Position numbers and translations under genes: made by a program. A DNA stretch of 43,007 nucleotides from Parcubacteria group bacterium (lineage in GTDB: Bacteria > Patescibacteriota > Minisyncoccia > Phycocordibacterales > UBA2135): NCBI GenBank assembly GCA_016176785.1, contig JACOWN010000011.1, forward strand, positions 1-43,007, read 5' to 3'. The notes beneath the pieces are model-generated. The model saw only the letters and a program-made list of their open reading frames with translations, had not been told where the DNA came from and searched no databases. Of this stretch, positions 24,282-34,205 are shown piece by piece. How positions within the stretch are numbered: position 1 is the first letter of the stretch; each line of letters begins with the position of its first letter.

Positions 24282-24446
24282 TTAGCGGTCTGATGTTGAT
24301 GTCGTTGACACGGGGACAACGGGAGATGCTTCGGGAAACGCGCTGCGGGCCGAGCCGGCAAAGAATGCGCCGGCGAGGCCGAGCAGGACAAGGAGGGCAA
24401 AACCGGAGACAAAATGCCAAAAAACTTTTGATTCCAAAATATCCAT
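24282..24446 (-). CDS. 54-aa single-TM small protein
   Basis: MDILESKVFWHFVSGFALLVLLGLAGAFF...; TGGTACAAT 6 nt before ATG. Confidence 0.6.
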   Translation of the reverse strand: MDILESKVFWHFVSGFALLVLLGLAGAFFAGSARSAFPEASPVVPVSTTSTSDR

Positions 24447-24450
24447 CGTT

Positions 24451-25194
24451 CTATTGTACCACAACCGCGGCCTTCGCCGGCGCCTGTTTTTCCCAATCCA
24501 TTGAATCAAGGTCGCCCCGTTCTTCGCGTTCAAGCGAAGCGAGCCACAGGTGAATAAAATCGCGAAAATCATTGACATTTTTAAAATAATTATGCCAAAG
24601 TGCCGGATCGCGGTTTACAATCGCCCCCTCAGGCCTCGCCGTGCCAACAAAGTCAAGATAGCTTGATGACGTATAGCGCTCCAAAAATGCCCGCGCCGTT
24701 TCTACGTCGCGGATCCCCGATTTCCACTCGGGGTCAATGAGCTTTAACGGATTCAGGTGGATATATGCGAAAAGGTACTCAAAATATGACTCTTTTGCAA
24801 CGAGCATGGCCTTAAACCTCCCCTCAAAAAGCGTGCCGGTCCGTTTGTATTTACGGTTGAAATACATGGCGTACGCCGTCCCGAGCTTTTTCATAAATTG
24901 GGAAATGCCGCCCGGGACCAGCTCGTGAAGCAAGAGGTGGTAATGATTCGGCATAAGACAATAGGCGCCGATATCGGTGAGCTGCTCGCCGCGCTGCTCC
25001 TTAAAAACCTCGGTAAACGGCCTCCCGCGCTCAAAGAATCTCTTGACATCAAGAGATTCGGTGCTGTTGCAAGCATATAAAAGCCCCATAAAACGGAGGT
25101 GGTCGTTTTTCTCGCTGAAAATAATGCGTCGGTCGGCGCCGCGATTGTACACATGATAGAACGAACCCTTGAGAAACGGGGCTTTGCGTTGCAT
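24451..25194 (-). CDS. REP-associated tyrosine transposase (RAYT, Y1 HUH family)
   Basis: YHVYNRG, AYCLMPNHYHLLL (HUH), YFNRKYKRTGTLFEGRFK, YIHLNP (catalytic Tyr), SSY; flanked by palindromes; no tnpB. Confidence 0.92.
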   Translation of the reverse strand: MQRKAPFLKGSFYHVYNRGADRRIIFSEKNDHLRFMGLLYACNSTESLDVKRFFERGRPFTEVFKEQRGEQLTDIGAYCLMPNHYHLLLHELVPGGISQFMKKLGTAYAMYFNRKYKRTGTLFEGRFKAMLVAKESYFEYLFAYIHLNPLKLIDPEWKSGIRDVETARAFLERYTSSSYLDFVGTARPEGAIVNRDPALWHNYFKNVNDFRDFIHLWLASLEREERGDLDSMDWEKQAPAKAAVVVQ

Positions 25195-25240
25195 ATATAC
25201 CCCCCATGCTAGCGATTTGGGGAGATTAGTAAACAGGGGG

Positions 25241-25272
25241 CTGTGGATAACTCACAAAAGGACCGTCCTTGG
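25241..25272. repeat. DnaA box + REP-like palindrome upstream of RAYT
   Basis: TGTGGATAA 25242-25250, AAGGACCGTCCTT 25258-25270. Confidence 0.88.
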
Positions 25273-25281
25273 CGGGAGACG

Positions 25282-25309
25282 ACAAAACCCCGCGGAAGCG
25301 GGGTTTTGT
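25282..25309 (-). terminator. Rho-independent terminator
   Basis: ACAAAACCCCGC-GGAA-GCGGGGTTTTGT. Confidence 0.8.
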
Positions 25310-25343
25310 GTCAATATTCTGACTGATTTGACCGAGGGCGTTT

Positions 25344-26519
25344 TTATTCGCCAAACACTTCTTTCATCTTTGCGCGCGTTCCCGGACCAACCAAGCCATA
25401 TCCTGTCGTTTCGGGGGTTCCAGAAGAGACGATCCCGTACTTCTTTTGGAACTTCTTCACCGCATTCTCCGTTGCCGCGCCGTAGAAGGTTGTTTCATTG
25501 CCGGCAGAGCCGACGCCTGACGCGGCAATGCGAGTATCAGCATCAGAGTTCAAGAGCTGCTGGAGGCGTTTAACGTCTTCGCCGGTCGTTCCGCGTGTCA
25601 AGGTGCGGGTAAAGACGGGGGATACGCTTGCCGCAACCGGAGACGGCTGGGCAACCGATGCCGCGGGCACGCCGCTGAAGACATTCTCAAGCTTTGCGCG
25701 TGTCTTGGGGCCCACTTCACCGTATCCGGGATCGCCCGGTCCGGCAATTCCATACTTCACCTGGAACTTCTTCACCGCATTCTCCGTTGCCGCGCCGTAA
25801 GAGTTCAAGAGCTGCTGGAGGCGTTTAACGTCGCTGCCTTCCGAACCGCGGCTCATCCCCTTGGAGAATACTGCCGAAACCGCGGGCGCTTGCTGGGCAA
25901 GCACAGACCTCGCCGCCACCGCTTTATCCGCCGGAATGACTCCGAGCGCGATGAAAAGTTCAACGATCTTTGAGAGTTCGCTCGCAGCCGCGCTTACTGC
26001 CGCCGATGCCGCTGTCGTTGCTGCGGGAGCGGCAGCCGCCACCGTTGAGGCCGCGGCGCTACCACCACCGCCTCCTCCTCCACCACCGCCTCCTCCACCA
26101 CCGCCTCCACCCGTGGTACAAACCGCCGAGTTAGGGGTGACCGTAACGGTTACCGTCTCAGAGCCAGAACCAGGCCCCGCAAGAACGAGAATAGAATTCG
26201 ACGAACTACAAGTGAACGATTCTACACGGTTTGAAGGGCTTACCGTAAAGGTGTTTCTTCCGGTCGTCGTAACTGACATAGCTGCGCCGGGGGGCATGTC
26301 CACCGTAAAGTTTCCACTGTTCACGGTAATGGACTCCACGCCCGATTCGGAAACGGTCATAGTGACGCTGTTCGAAACAATCTCCGTCCCCGACTGCAGA
26401 ATTGCATCGTTGTTTGCGGCAAATGCAATGAACGAGATTGAAAGAAAGCTCACCAAGAACGTCAGGCAACAGACATACAGCCAGGATTTATCCGAATTAG
26501 CTTGATAATGAACTTTCAT
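25344..26519 (-). CDS. Secreted protein with poly-Gly linker and two peptidoglycan-binding domains
   Basis: Signal/TM segment; L.RG..G.DVKRLQQLLN...YGAATENAVKKFQ...G.VGP.TRAK twice. Confidence 0.85.
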   Translation of the reverse strand: MKVHYQANSDKSWLYVCCLTFLVSFLSISFIAFAANNDAILQSGTEIVSNSVTMTVSESGVESITVNSGNFTVDMPPGAAMSVTTTGRNTFTVSPSNRVESFTCSSSNSILVLAGPGSGSETVTVTVTPNSAVCTTGGGGGGGGGGGGGGGGGSAAASTVAAAAPAATTAASAAVSAAASELSKIVELFIALGVIPADKAVAARSVLAQQAPAVSAVFSKGMSRGSEGSDVKRLQQLLNSYGAATENAVKKFQVKYGIAGPGDPGYGEVGPKTRAKLENVFSGVPAASVAQPSPVAASVSPVFTRTLTRGTTGEDVKRLQQLLNSDADTRIAASGVGSAGNETTFYGAATENAVKKFQKKYGIVSSGTPETTGYGLVGPGTRAKMKEVFGE

Positions 26520-26573
26520 GGGGTTGATACATTTAATTAGCAAAGTAATAGATCATTCTACCAACTGCCTACC

Positions 26574-27764
26574 TTATATCGGCTGGCACTCTCCTGCTTC
26601 AACCTTCAAACTGATACCGCTTGCATCCGCCCCAGGTGTTGATGTCGCGTAAATCCTGATAATAACGCCGCTCGTAGATCTCATTTGGATACATGACCCG
26701 ACGTTGGTTCCGCTTGAGTGGAGTTTCAAGGAGGTGGTCCCGGGAGAACCGGCGTGAATGCTTCCCAAAACGCCGAGGTTTGCGGAAAGCGCGGGGCTGG
26801 TTGTTCCTATGCCGAGCGCGCTGCCGAGCACTCCATCAGCGCCGATCGTCGTCGTCGCAAACGTACTCGCGGACACGGTCGTTGTCGCATATCCCGCAAT
26901 GCTGAATACTCCGATTCCCCGGGTTGCAACGGAAAACGAATTCGTCGTAGATGCATTTCCGGTGAGGATAATCGCATCGGCAGCATTATTGCCCAAAGTC
27001 ACGGCACCGTTTGCGGTAAGAGCACCGGTCAGGGTGGTTGCTCCAAGGACGGACAAAGCATCGTCTGTCGTCTCCACAACGCCGACCCCCAAACCTCCGG
27101 TACCTATATATACGTCGCCAGTCACGTTTAATCCGGTTACCGACGGGGTGGTAGATGCGATATTGACCGTGCCCGCCTGGTCAACAGAGAAGACCTCAAC
27201 GCTTTCATCATACACGGCAATTAAATCCGCCGTTTGCGCGGAGCCCTTTGAACCCATAATGGCAAGGGGAATGGATGTCGTCGTCGTTGAGTTCAAGAGA
27301 AGCACTGCATTTCCGCTAAACGGCGAAGTGATCGGGACCGTTGTGGTGCCCAGTGTCATGTACGCCTTTGCAATTGTGTTAAATCTGACGCCGTTTGAAT
27401 CACTTGCAAGGATAAGACCGCCACTCGCATCCGTTGACGAAGCAACGGACATCCAATCGGTTCCGTTATACACGCGGATAACTCTGCGCGCGGTATCCCA
27501 GTAGAGAGCTCCCGCCGCATCGCCTGTCGGGTCGGATGCCGCGTTATCGAGAGCCATTTGGTCGTAGAAAAATGCTTTGCCGGTAACCGAAAGGGTGCTT
27601 GTCGCAAACACGCTTCCCGTTACCGTTACATTTCCTCCTGTTGAAATATTCGTGCTGATCGTCGTCGCCGCCGAAACAACGAGCGCGACGAACATGACGG
27701 AGAGAACGACCGAGAGCGTAATGGAATAAAAACTCTTGTTTCTAAATAATTTGCTAAAACTCAT
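26574..27764 (-). CDS. Secreted Ser/Thr-rich surface protein
   Basis: Signal peptide ending VSA, ATTISTNISTGG, GIGTTSP, C-terminal Cys pair. Start uncertain. Confidence 0.8.
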   Translation of the reverse strand: MSFSKLFRNKSFYSITLSVVLSVMFVALVVSAATTISTNISTGGNVTVTGSVFATSTLSVTGKAFFYDQMALDNAASDPTGDAAGALYWDTARRVIRVYNGTDWMSVASSTDASGGLILASDSNGVRFNTIAKAYMTLGTTTVPITSPFSGNAVLLLNSTTTTSIPLAIMGSKGSAQTADLIAVYDESVEVFSVDQAGTVNIASTTPSVTGLNVTGDVYIGTGGLGVGVVETTDDALSVLGATTLTGALTANGAVTLGNNAADAIILTGNASTTNSFSVATRGIGVFSIAGYATTTVSASTFATTTIGADGVLGSALGIGTTSPALSANLGVLGSIHAGSPGTTSLKLHSSGTNVGSCIQMRSTSGVIIRIYATSTPGADASGISLKVEAGECQPI

Positions 27765-27954
27765 AGTGCGAAACTTTTGAGAGCCCTTCCGGGTTCTCAT
27801 TAAAAGCAGCATTAACAATAATAAGCGACTAATAAATTGACCTGCGAAACTCTACAGCAACAGAGCGCCATCGCGCGTATTGCTGTAGCGTGGTACTTTT
27901 TCAATTATACTTTTAATTATACTTGAAAAAACAAATAAAAGTGTGGATAACTCA

Positions 27955-27993
27955 CACAAAACACCCCGAGCCATTGGCACGGGGTGTTTTGTG
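27955..27993 (-). terminator. Terminator with adjacent DnaA box (27942-27950)
   Basis: CACAAAACACCCCG...CGGGGTGTTTTGTG. Confidence 0.75.
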
Positions 27994-28001
27994 TGTTGTT
28001 G

Positions 28002-28691
28002 TTAGACGCCGAGATTTTTGAGGAGCGTCTTGATGACTTCGCTATCCGGGCGCGCAACCATGCTGCGATTGAGAAACGCCCTTGCTTTTTCCTCACTGCG
28101 AACAACTTCAAGGTAAAAATCAACAACTTGCGGATATAAGTAGTCAAGACCCGGATTGTTTTCTACCGCCCGAAGAAAATTGGCCTCAGCGCGAGCTTGA
28201 TCATTAAGGTAATAAGCATATAAAACGCCAAGATTGGAGAAAGAAAGCGAATTTTGAGGACGCAGGGCACTTGCATATTCCCACGCCTCCAGCGCGCCAT
28301 CGTAATCCTCGATTGATTTACGGAGCAGCCCAAGATCCATCCAATCATTGAAAAGGCTCGCGTCTTGACTTAAACGGGCAGAAATATCCTTGATTTGGCT
28401 GGCTATCTCGTCTTTGCGCACTAATTGTTGAGGAATGTTGACCGGCCTGTCTAAGTTCGGTACGGGGAGCGCGACATGATCACTTGCCGCTCCGGTGGCA
28501 CTACCCCCAGCAGTAGTATCAACCACTACTTTGGGAATCTCTATAGTACCTCCTTGTCCAACACCAGCAACAGGGACGTCTGATTGAGTTAGCACGGGCT
28601 CTTCTTTTTTTGTGCCGAAATAGATAAAAAGCCCGACAAAACCGATAAAAATCGTAAAAACCGCAACGAAATACAAAGTTTTTCTACTCAT
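28002..28691 (-). CDS. Membrane-anchored TPR protein
   Basis: N-terminal TM; WMDLGLL...DYDGALEAWEYA...P.NSLSFSNLG TPR pattern. Confidence 0.8.
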   Translation of the reverse strand: MSRKTLYFVAVFTIFIGFVGLFIYFGTKKEEPVLTQSDVPVAGVGQGGTIEIPKVVVDTTAGGSATGAASDHVALPVPNLDRPVNIPQQLVRKDEIASQIKDISARLSQDASLFNDWMDLGLLRKSIEDYDGALEAWEYASALRPQNSLSFSNLGVLYAYYLNDQARAEANFLRAVENNPGLDYLYPQVVDFYLEVVRSEEKARAFLNRSMVARPDSEVIKTLLKNLGV

Positions 28692-28728
28692 ATAGTGTAT
28701 ATTCTATATATTTATTCATATTTTGCAA

Positions 28729-28777
28729 GCTGAAAAAGGACCGTCCTTGGGGTGGGTTATCCACAGTTTTTTCCACA
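28729..28777. repeat. REP-like palindrome + two DnaA boxes
   Basis: AAGGACCGTCCTT 28736, TTATCCACA 28757, TTTTCCACA 28769. Confidence 0.88.
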
Positions 28778-28809
28778 ACAAAACCCCCGCAAATTGCGGG
28801 GGTTTTGTC
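28778..28809 (-). terminator. Rho-independent terminator of the large surface-protein gene
   Basis: ACAAAACCCCCGCA-AAT-TGCGGGGGTTTTGT. Confidence 0.8.
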
Positions 28810-28851
28810 TAGCCCATCCCTTTCGGGAAGCACAAGGCGGCTAAAGAAAGA

Positions 28852-31800
28852 TTAGTGAGTGAACACCTGCGTCGGGAGATCTTGGCCAACGCTCGGGAAT
28901 CCGGGGAGACCGTAGCTGTTCGTCCAGTCAACCGCTTTGTCAGACGCGGCCGCCGCAGTTATGGTCGTCGTTGAGTTTGGCGACCAGATGAAGCGGTCGG
29001 TCGTTGAGGCAGAACCCTCAAGGGCGTCAACCGGCCCCAGATGAGCGGCTGCGTTAAAGAACGAATTATCTCCCTGGACGTCTTTCGGTTCAGCGGTGTC
29101 AGACAACAGAGCAACCGCAAGGGTTTCCGTGTTGCTTGAGGTGAGCGTGGTCAGTGTTGACGCGCGCAATCGGAAATCTTTGGACGTTCCTGCGGGAATG
29201 ACACGGTCAACTGCCGCCGCGTCAAACTCTATCCTTACTCGCTCATTTCCACCAGCGGCACCGACACCAGCAACCCTGTGGGACGTCGTTCCGATGCCCG
29301 TCGCATTGACGGCACCCGAAGGACCAAAGAGCTGGATCCCCGAAACCGTGTGAACTCCGACGACAGTAAAGTCAAAGGACAGCGCGGAAATCGTTACATC
29401 CCGACCCGCCGCCGCAGTCAGCCGCACAGAATAGAGGTCTGAACCAGCGGAGAGCGAACGATTGGGGTTATAGGTTGTCGTCACATCGGAGACGGTAATC
29501 AATCCGCGATAAATCTTCACCGCGTTTGCGGCAGTATCGCCGCTTGTGCCGCTAATCGTCACACCGGAGTCGGCGCCGGTCGCGTAGTTGCCGTTCAAGC
29601 CGTTATTGTCGCCGTCATAGTTAACGGAGAGCACCGCGCCAAAGGCGCCTGCGGAACTGTTTATGTCTTGCGCGGCAAAGTCGCCTTTAACCGTAAGCGT
29701 GACGGAGTTTGACTTGTCAACCCGAACCGGAATGGTCAGGGTAGAGGTCGCGTTGTCAAGGTTTGCACCCAGACCGAACTGCGCCTCGCCGACTTTCGCA
29801 GAGCCGTTCCAGATTGACACTTTCTGACCAAGCAGGTCGTTCGTCGTGTTGGACGCGGTATTGCCAAGCGCAAGAGCAATCCCCTTAATGTCAACCGGTT
29901 CGGTTGAATCGGCTTCAAAGCGATACTTCGCGAGCACCACATCCGTTGCGCCCGCTTGTGCTGCCTTGAACAAGACGGAGGTGTCGTCCGTAACGGTGTA
30001 CGAACCGTTCGCTGAAGCGGTCATTACCTGGCCGTTTGCCTCGTTGAATACCTCCGCGATGGTCTGTCCGGAAGTGACACCTGATGCACCGGTGAAGCTG
30101 GCGTCTGCGTCAAGACCCCACCAATACTTAGAGGTAACTCCGGTTTTAATATCGCATCTCAGAGACAGCGTCTTCGCCGTCCCTTTCGGAAGAATAAGGC
30201 CTGTTCCGTCAAAGGTAAGGGAGGTTGACGACGCCGTATCGCCTGAAGCCGGATTCTTCACGTTTGAACCGGTAGTGAGCGATGATGCGCTTGCCGTGAT
30301 GCCGTCGTACAACTGGCAGTTCGTAATGTGCGTCCTGTCACCGCTGTTCGTGTCAAAGTAAAGCGGCAAGGATGTCACGCGTATGTCTTCGCCAGACTGG
30401 CCGGCGTCAAGGATATACCGCGCGAATTCAAACTGCCGCGCACCAGCGATAATTGTACGCGCGGTCGGTTGCGCAGAAACAGACACCTCAAATGAACCCG
30501 CCTTGACTGTCTGCGTTGCGCCGGTAATCGCGGATGTCGGCGCCGGAGTAATCGTGTTGCCGGTTACTTGGCCGGTAACGGTCGTCCAGTAAGAAGTTGA
30601 ACCAGGCGTCGTTGACGCGGCAACGGTGTTGTTCGTAACGAAGTCGGTGCCGAGCTTTGCTTTCAGGATGATATTGGTAATACCTATCGGGAAGGTAACG
30701 GTATCGGTCAATGTAATTGAGCCGCTGTTCGCGGTTGCACCGGCACCGTCAGCCGGTCCCGCGAGGACCGCGCCATTCGCATCGGTCAGTATAACGTTCG
30801 TAACATCGGCAAGACCGAGGGCCGATGCGGTTCCCGTCAAGGTAAAGTCAAACACCATAGAAGCAACTGAGATCGGCTCGCCCTTTACGTCAACGGTGAA
30901 GCCCGCGATCGGCTGGTCAGCAAGGTTCACCGCAATGTTCTGTGCAGGAACTCCCGCCGTCCACGAGGAAACGTTCATCGTGCCGTTCGAGATGGTGACT
31001 TGCGCCGCATCGTAGTACGGGTTGTTGGTCGTGCAGAATGCCGCGCCGTCCGTGCTGCAAGAAGAGTCCGCAAACGGTGGTGTAATGCCGAACCCATACG
31101 TATTGCCAACTACATGAACGTCCGTTCGACGATCAATGTCAAAGTCAATTTTTCGAGCCGAGCCGCCGGTAACGTCCCCTTTAATGCTGATATCTTTGCT
31201 GAATCCTTTCTTCATGAGGATTCCGCCTCCGGGGAATACGGTCGTGTAGTAACGTCCGTCCCGAACGGCATCGTAGTTCACTCCGTCAAGAATAATCTTA
31301 ACGTTGGCGATGTCGTCCACCGAAGCGGATTCCGACTGATACCACCTGATTGATTTCAGTGTAAGGTCTTCAGCTGAGCCGGCGGTCAATTTTACGCTTG
31401 AGAACGTATAGCCGGTCGTGCCGATCTCTTTCGTCTGGCTTGAGCCCGGGTCAAGAGAACCACGCGCCACGGTTGAGATTGAACCGATGGAAAGCGACGA
31501 GTTTACCGTGTGCGAAGTGCCGACGATGGGGAACGAACCATGGACGGTCGCTGAGGTATTTACAGCCATCACCGTGAGTATGGGTGTTTCTCCCGACTCA
31601 CCGGAAAGGTTTGTGGCGGTGTCCATGTTGGCGCCCACGATAATCGTCTTCGTCGTCCCTGCGAGAACCGTGAAGTCGCCGCCAACCGTTACTTGGTGAT
31701 TTGAGTTCAAGGTTTTCTCAATCCCGATGAGCGTGCCGTCTTCGTTCATAAGCACGATGCCGGTGAACGATGTGTCAGCCGCAACCCCCTGCCTCTCAAC

Positions 31801-32493
31801 CAGTATGCCGTTGACGACAACGTTGCCGTCAGCGCTTGCGGTCAGGTGAATTTTGGTGAACGGAACCCGCGACGCGCCTCCTGGCGCCAGAGAACCCACC
31901 GGCTGGTCAGTCGCCTTCGTGACGGTAAGTCCCGTCCCTGCAGGCGTCACCACCGGAGTTGTCGGGGTTGTCGTTGTCGGGGTTGTCGCGGCTGCGCCGG
32001 AACACAAGGCGTTCGCCTTGACGCGGGATGAGGCGCCGAAATAACCGGTTCCTGCCGAGAGGCCGACCGGCGTCAGCACTTCAGACGCGTATTTGTTCTG
32101 GAACTTCACGACTGCCGCTTTTGTAGCGGGACCGAATGTCGATGTCTCATTGCCCGCAGAACCCGCGCCGCTTGAAGCAACCATGGTGTCGGACATTGAG
32201 TTCAGAAACTGCTGCAGCTTCTTGACGTCGTCACCCGTTGCGCCAACCGTGAGGTTGCGCGCCCAGGTGTACGGACACGCCGTAGAAGAAACGGCCGGCG
32301 TCTGCTGGCCAAGCACCGAGCGTGCCTGCGCCGCCTTGTCCGCGGGGATAACCCCCAACGCGATGAAAAGTTCCACAAGCTCGGAGAGCGATACTGCGTA
32401 GGCCGCAGGAACCGCCACGACACCGAGGAACATCATCACCGCAACAAGGACGCTGACCGTCTTTGCCGTAGAAGAAGATGTAAGATAACTCAT
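28852..32493 (-). CDS. Large secreted S-layer-like protein with N-terminal peptidoglycan-binding domain
   Basis: 1213 aa, signal peptide, NLTVGATGDDVKKLQQFLN...FGPATKAAVVKFQ, then Thr/Ser/Gly-rich beta-sandwich-like repeats. Confidence 0.85.
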   Translation of the reverse strand: MSYLTSSSTAKTVSVLVAVMMFLGVVAVPAAYAVSLSELVELFIALGVIPADKAAQARSVLGQQTPAVSSTACPYTWARNLTVGATGDDVKKLQQFLNSMSDTMVASSGAGSAGNETSTFGPATKAAVVKFQNKYASEVLTPVGLSAGTGYFGASSRVKANALCSGAAATTPTTTTPTTPVVTPAGTGLTVTKATDQPVGSLAPGGASRVPFTKIHLTASADGNVVVNGILVERQGVAADTSFTGIVLMNEDGTLIGIEKTLNSNHQVTVGGDFTVLAGTTKTIIVGANMDTATNLSGESGETPILTVMAVNTSATVHGSFPIVGTSHTVNSSLSIGSISTVARGSLDPGSSQTKEIGTTGYTFSSVKLTAGSAEDLTLKSIRWYQSESASVDDIANVKIILDGVNYDAVRDGRYYTTVFPGGGILMKKGFSKDISIKGDVTGGSARKIDFDIDRRTDVHVVGNTYGFGITPPFADSSCSTDGAAFCTTNNPYYDAAQVTISNGTMNVSSWTAGVPAQNIAVNLADQPIAGFTVDVKGEPISVASMVFDFTLTGTASALGLADVTNVILTDANGAVLAGPADGAGATANSGSITLTDTVTFPIGITNIILKAKLGTDFVTNNTVAASTTPGSTSYWTTVTGQVTGNTITPAPTSAITGATQTVKAGSFEVSVSAQPTARTIIAGARQFEFARYILDAGQSGEDIRVTSLPLYFDTNSGDRTHITNCQLYDGITASASSLTTGSNVKNPASGDTASSTSLTFDGTGLILPKGTAKTLSLRCDIKTGVTSKYWWGLDADASFTGASGVTSGQTIAEVFNEANGQVMTASANGSYTVTDDTSVLFKAAQAGATDVVLAKYRFEADSTEPVDIKGIALALGNTASNTTNDLLGQKVSIWNGSAKVGEAQFGLGANLDNATSTLTIPVRVDKSNSVTLTVKGDFAAQDINSSAGAFGAVLSVNYDGDNNGLNGNYATGADSGVTISGTSGDTAANAVKIYRGLITVSDVTTTYNPNRSLSAGSDLYSVRLTAAAGRDVTISALSFDFTVVGVHTVSGIQLFGPSGAVNATGIGTTSHRVAGVGAAGGNERVRIEFDAAAVDRVIPAGTSKDFRLRASTLTTLTSSNTETLAVALLSDTAEPKDVQGDNSFFNAAAHLGPVDALEGSASTTDRFIWSPNSTTTITAAAASDKAVDWTNSYGLPGFPSVGQDLPTQVFTH

Positions 32494-33134
32494 AAGAATC
32501 GTGTAATAATCGCAACCTCCTCCCTTTCACGGATGTTCCATGAAGAGAAAGGGATTGCAAGGCGCGGAGTTTACAGTCCTCGGTTATTGCTAAAGGTTGA
32601 GGACCGAAAACTCCAGCCAGAAATAATTGCGACTTAACTAATAATTACCTAATAAATCCAACCAATCATCGAGAGTAAAGTTCGGACGAGCACCGGCGCA
32701 CTCGCAATCGATCGTGCGCATTTTTATTTTTACGCGTGCCGTACCGCGTCCTCCTCTCTGGCGAGACGCCGTGATTTCTCTCACGACGCGCCGCCGCTTC
32801 CTTGCTACCGAAATACTTTGGATACTTCGACCAATATATTTGTAATGTCGATGGAACCCTCCCGTGCACAAATTGTAAAAGTAACATGTGCGCTTGGAGC
32901 GTTTCATCAATCAGACAAAATTACATAAATTAATAATCTTACCGCCGATGTCTGTCTCACGCATAAAAACACAGTGTGGTGTTTTTGCGTGTTTTTAGGT
33001 CAGTCAGTCGTGCCTTTTTAAATTGTCAAAGTCCTCCCAATTCTTCCTTCTCAGACGAGCGTCATAGAAAAACACTGGGCTCGTTCAAACATAACAGAAA
33101 GAAACTGCACTCATTCCAGTTTCTCCTTTCATCA

Positions 33135-33162
33135 ATTATAGTACGTCAATACACCCTTGCAA
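33135..33162 (-). promoter_or_regulatory. Promoter ~640 bp upstream of the S-layer-like gene
   Basis: TTGCAA-16-TATAAT with DnaA box at 33171-33179. Confidence 0.6.
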
Positions 33163-33410
33163 AACAAAAGTGTGGATAACTAACACCATCAATTTTGCAG
33201 AGCGCAGAGCGAACCGTATCCGGCGGAACTCTCCGCAAAATAGGCCCCCTTGCACTTGCACCCCATCGTATAAGAAAACGGCACTGCGTCAATGTTTACT
33301 TCGTTTTTATTTATGGTGCTATATTTTTCAATGTTATGTGCCGTTTTATCGTTATTTTTAGGCATTTCTTAGGATCCCGAGAAACAAAACCAGCGCTATG
33401 GACAATTTCG

Positions 33411-34205
33411 CTATACTTGTTTTTCAACGCGGAAATACGTACTCCACCTTCTCTCCCCCTCACGCCGGATACTGCCCTCCCCTATCAGTTCGTTGAGTTC
33501 GCGCTGGATCGTCTTCTCGCTGCACCCGCGTATAACAGCGGTTATGTCTTTTATATTTATTCCCTGGCGAGAATCTAAAAGACGAATTATTGACTCTCTC
33601 CTTTGTTTTTTGTCTTGATTAGCAACGTTGCTACCGATTATTTTTCCATCTGTATAGGACAAACCAGTATCATGTCCTTTATACTGTCCTTTACGTCCTT
33701 TATGATACGGGGCTGTGTCTTGGGAGTATTTTATCGCGTCTCTGACGTCTCCGTCTTCTGTCGCTACCGAAAAAGAAACATTTTTCGAGGCAGCGAGCCG
33801 GTTGCGACAGGAACGACATAATTCGCCAACGATACGATGTTCATTTTGAAGGATTGAGAAATGGGAAAGAGACAAAAATCGCAGATAAACGGAGGTTTGT
33901 AACACCCTTAGCAACCGATCTGATGATGCTTCGAGGTCGCTGTCATCCGTTCCCAACCGGCCATGCGCGCCAAAAGATGTCGCGGCGATGAGGAACTCCA
34001 TCGCCGCGCCCCGCAACTCCCACTTAAGCGGCTCTTTGTCGTTTATGTGGTCTAAAAGGACATAAATAGCGAGAACGAGACGGTTTGTCTTTTTAAAAAT
34101 AAAAGACATCTCCGGGTCGTTATTAAAAAACGTGATTGTTTCTACGAGTTTATCTGCGTCTTTTATATGTCTTTTATATGTATCTGTGTACGTCTCAAGT
34201 CGCAT
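33411..34205 (-). CDS. Hypothetical protein with C-terminal DeoR-like winged HTH
   Basis: RRESIIRLL...NIKDI...CSEKTIQRELNELI...EGERRWSTY; N-terminal helical bundle. Start uncertain. Confidence 0.75.
   Translation of the reverse strand: MRLETYTDTYKRHIKDADKLVETITFFNNDPEMSFIFKKTNRLVLAIYVLLDHINDKEPLKWELRGAAMEFLIAATSFGAHGRLGTDDSDLEASSDRLLRVLQTSVYLRFLSLSHFSILQNEHRIVGELCRSCRNRLAASKNVSFSVATEDGDVRDAIKYSQDTAPYHKGRKGQYKGHDTGLSYTDGKIIGSNVANQDKKQRRESIIRLLDSRQGINIKDITAVIRGCSEKTIQRELNELIGEGSIRREGERRWSTYFRVEKQV

Noticed and set aside
24451-25194. IS200/IS605 element with TnpB
   Set aside because: The protein is longer than IS200 TnpA, has RAYT-type motifs, and no tnpB is adjacent.
21478-25272. CRISPR array from the palindromic repeats
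   Set aside because: Repeats are 13 bp, irregularly spaced, with no unique spacers and no cas genes.
26061-26112. GGN-rich tandem repeat
   Set aside because: Ordinary poly-Gly linker with mixed codons.
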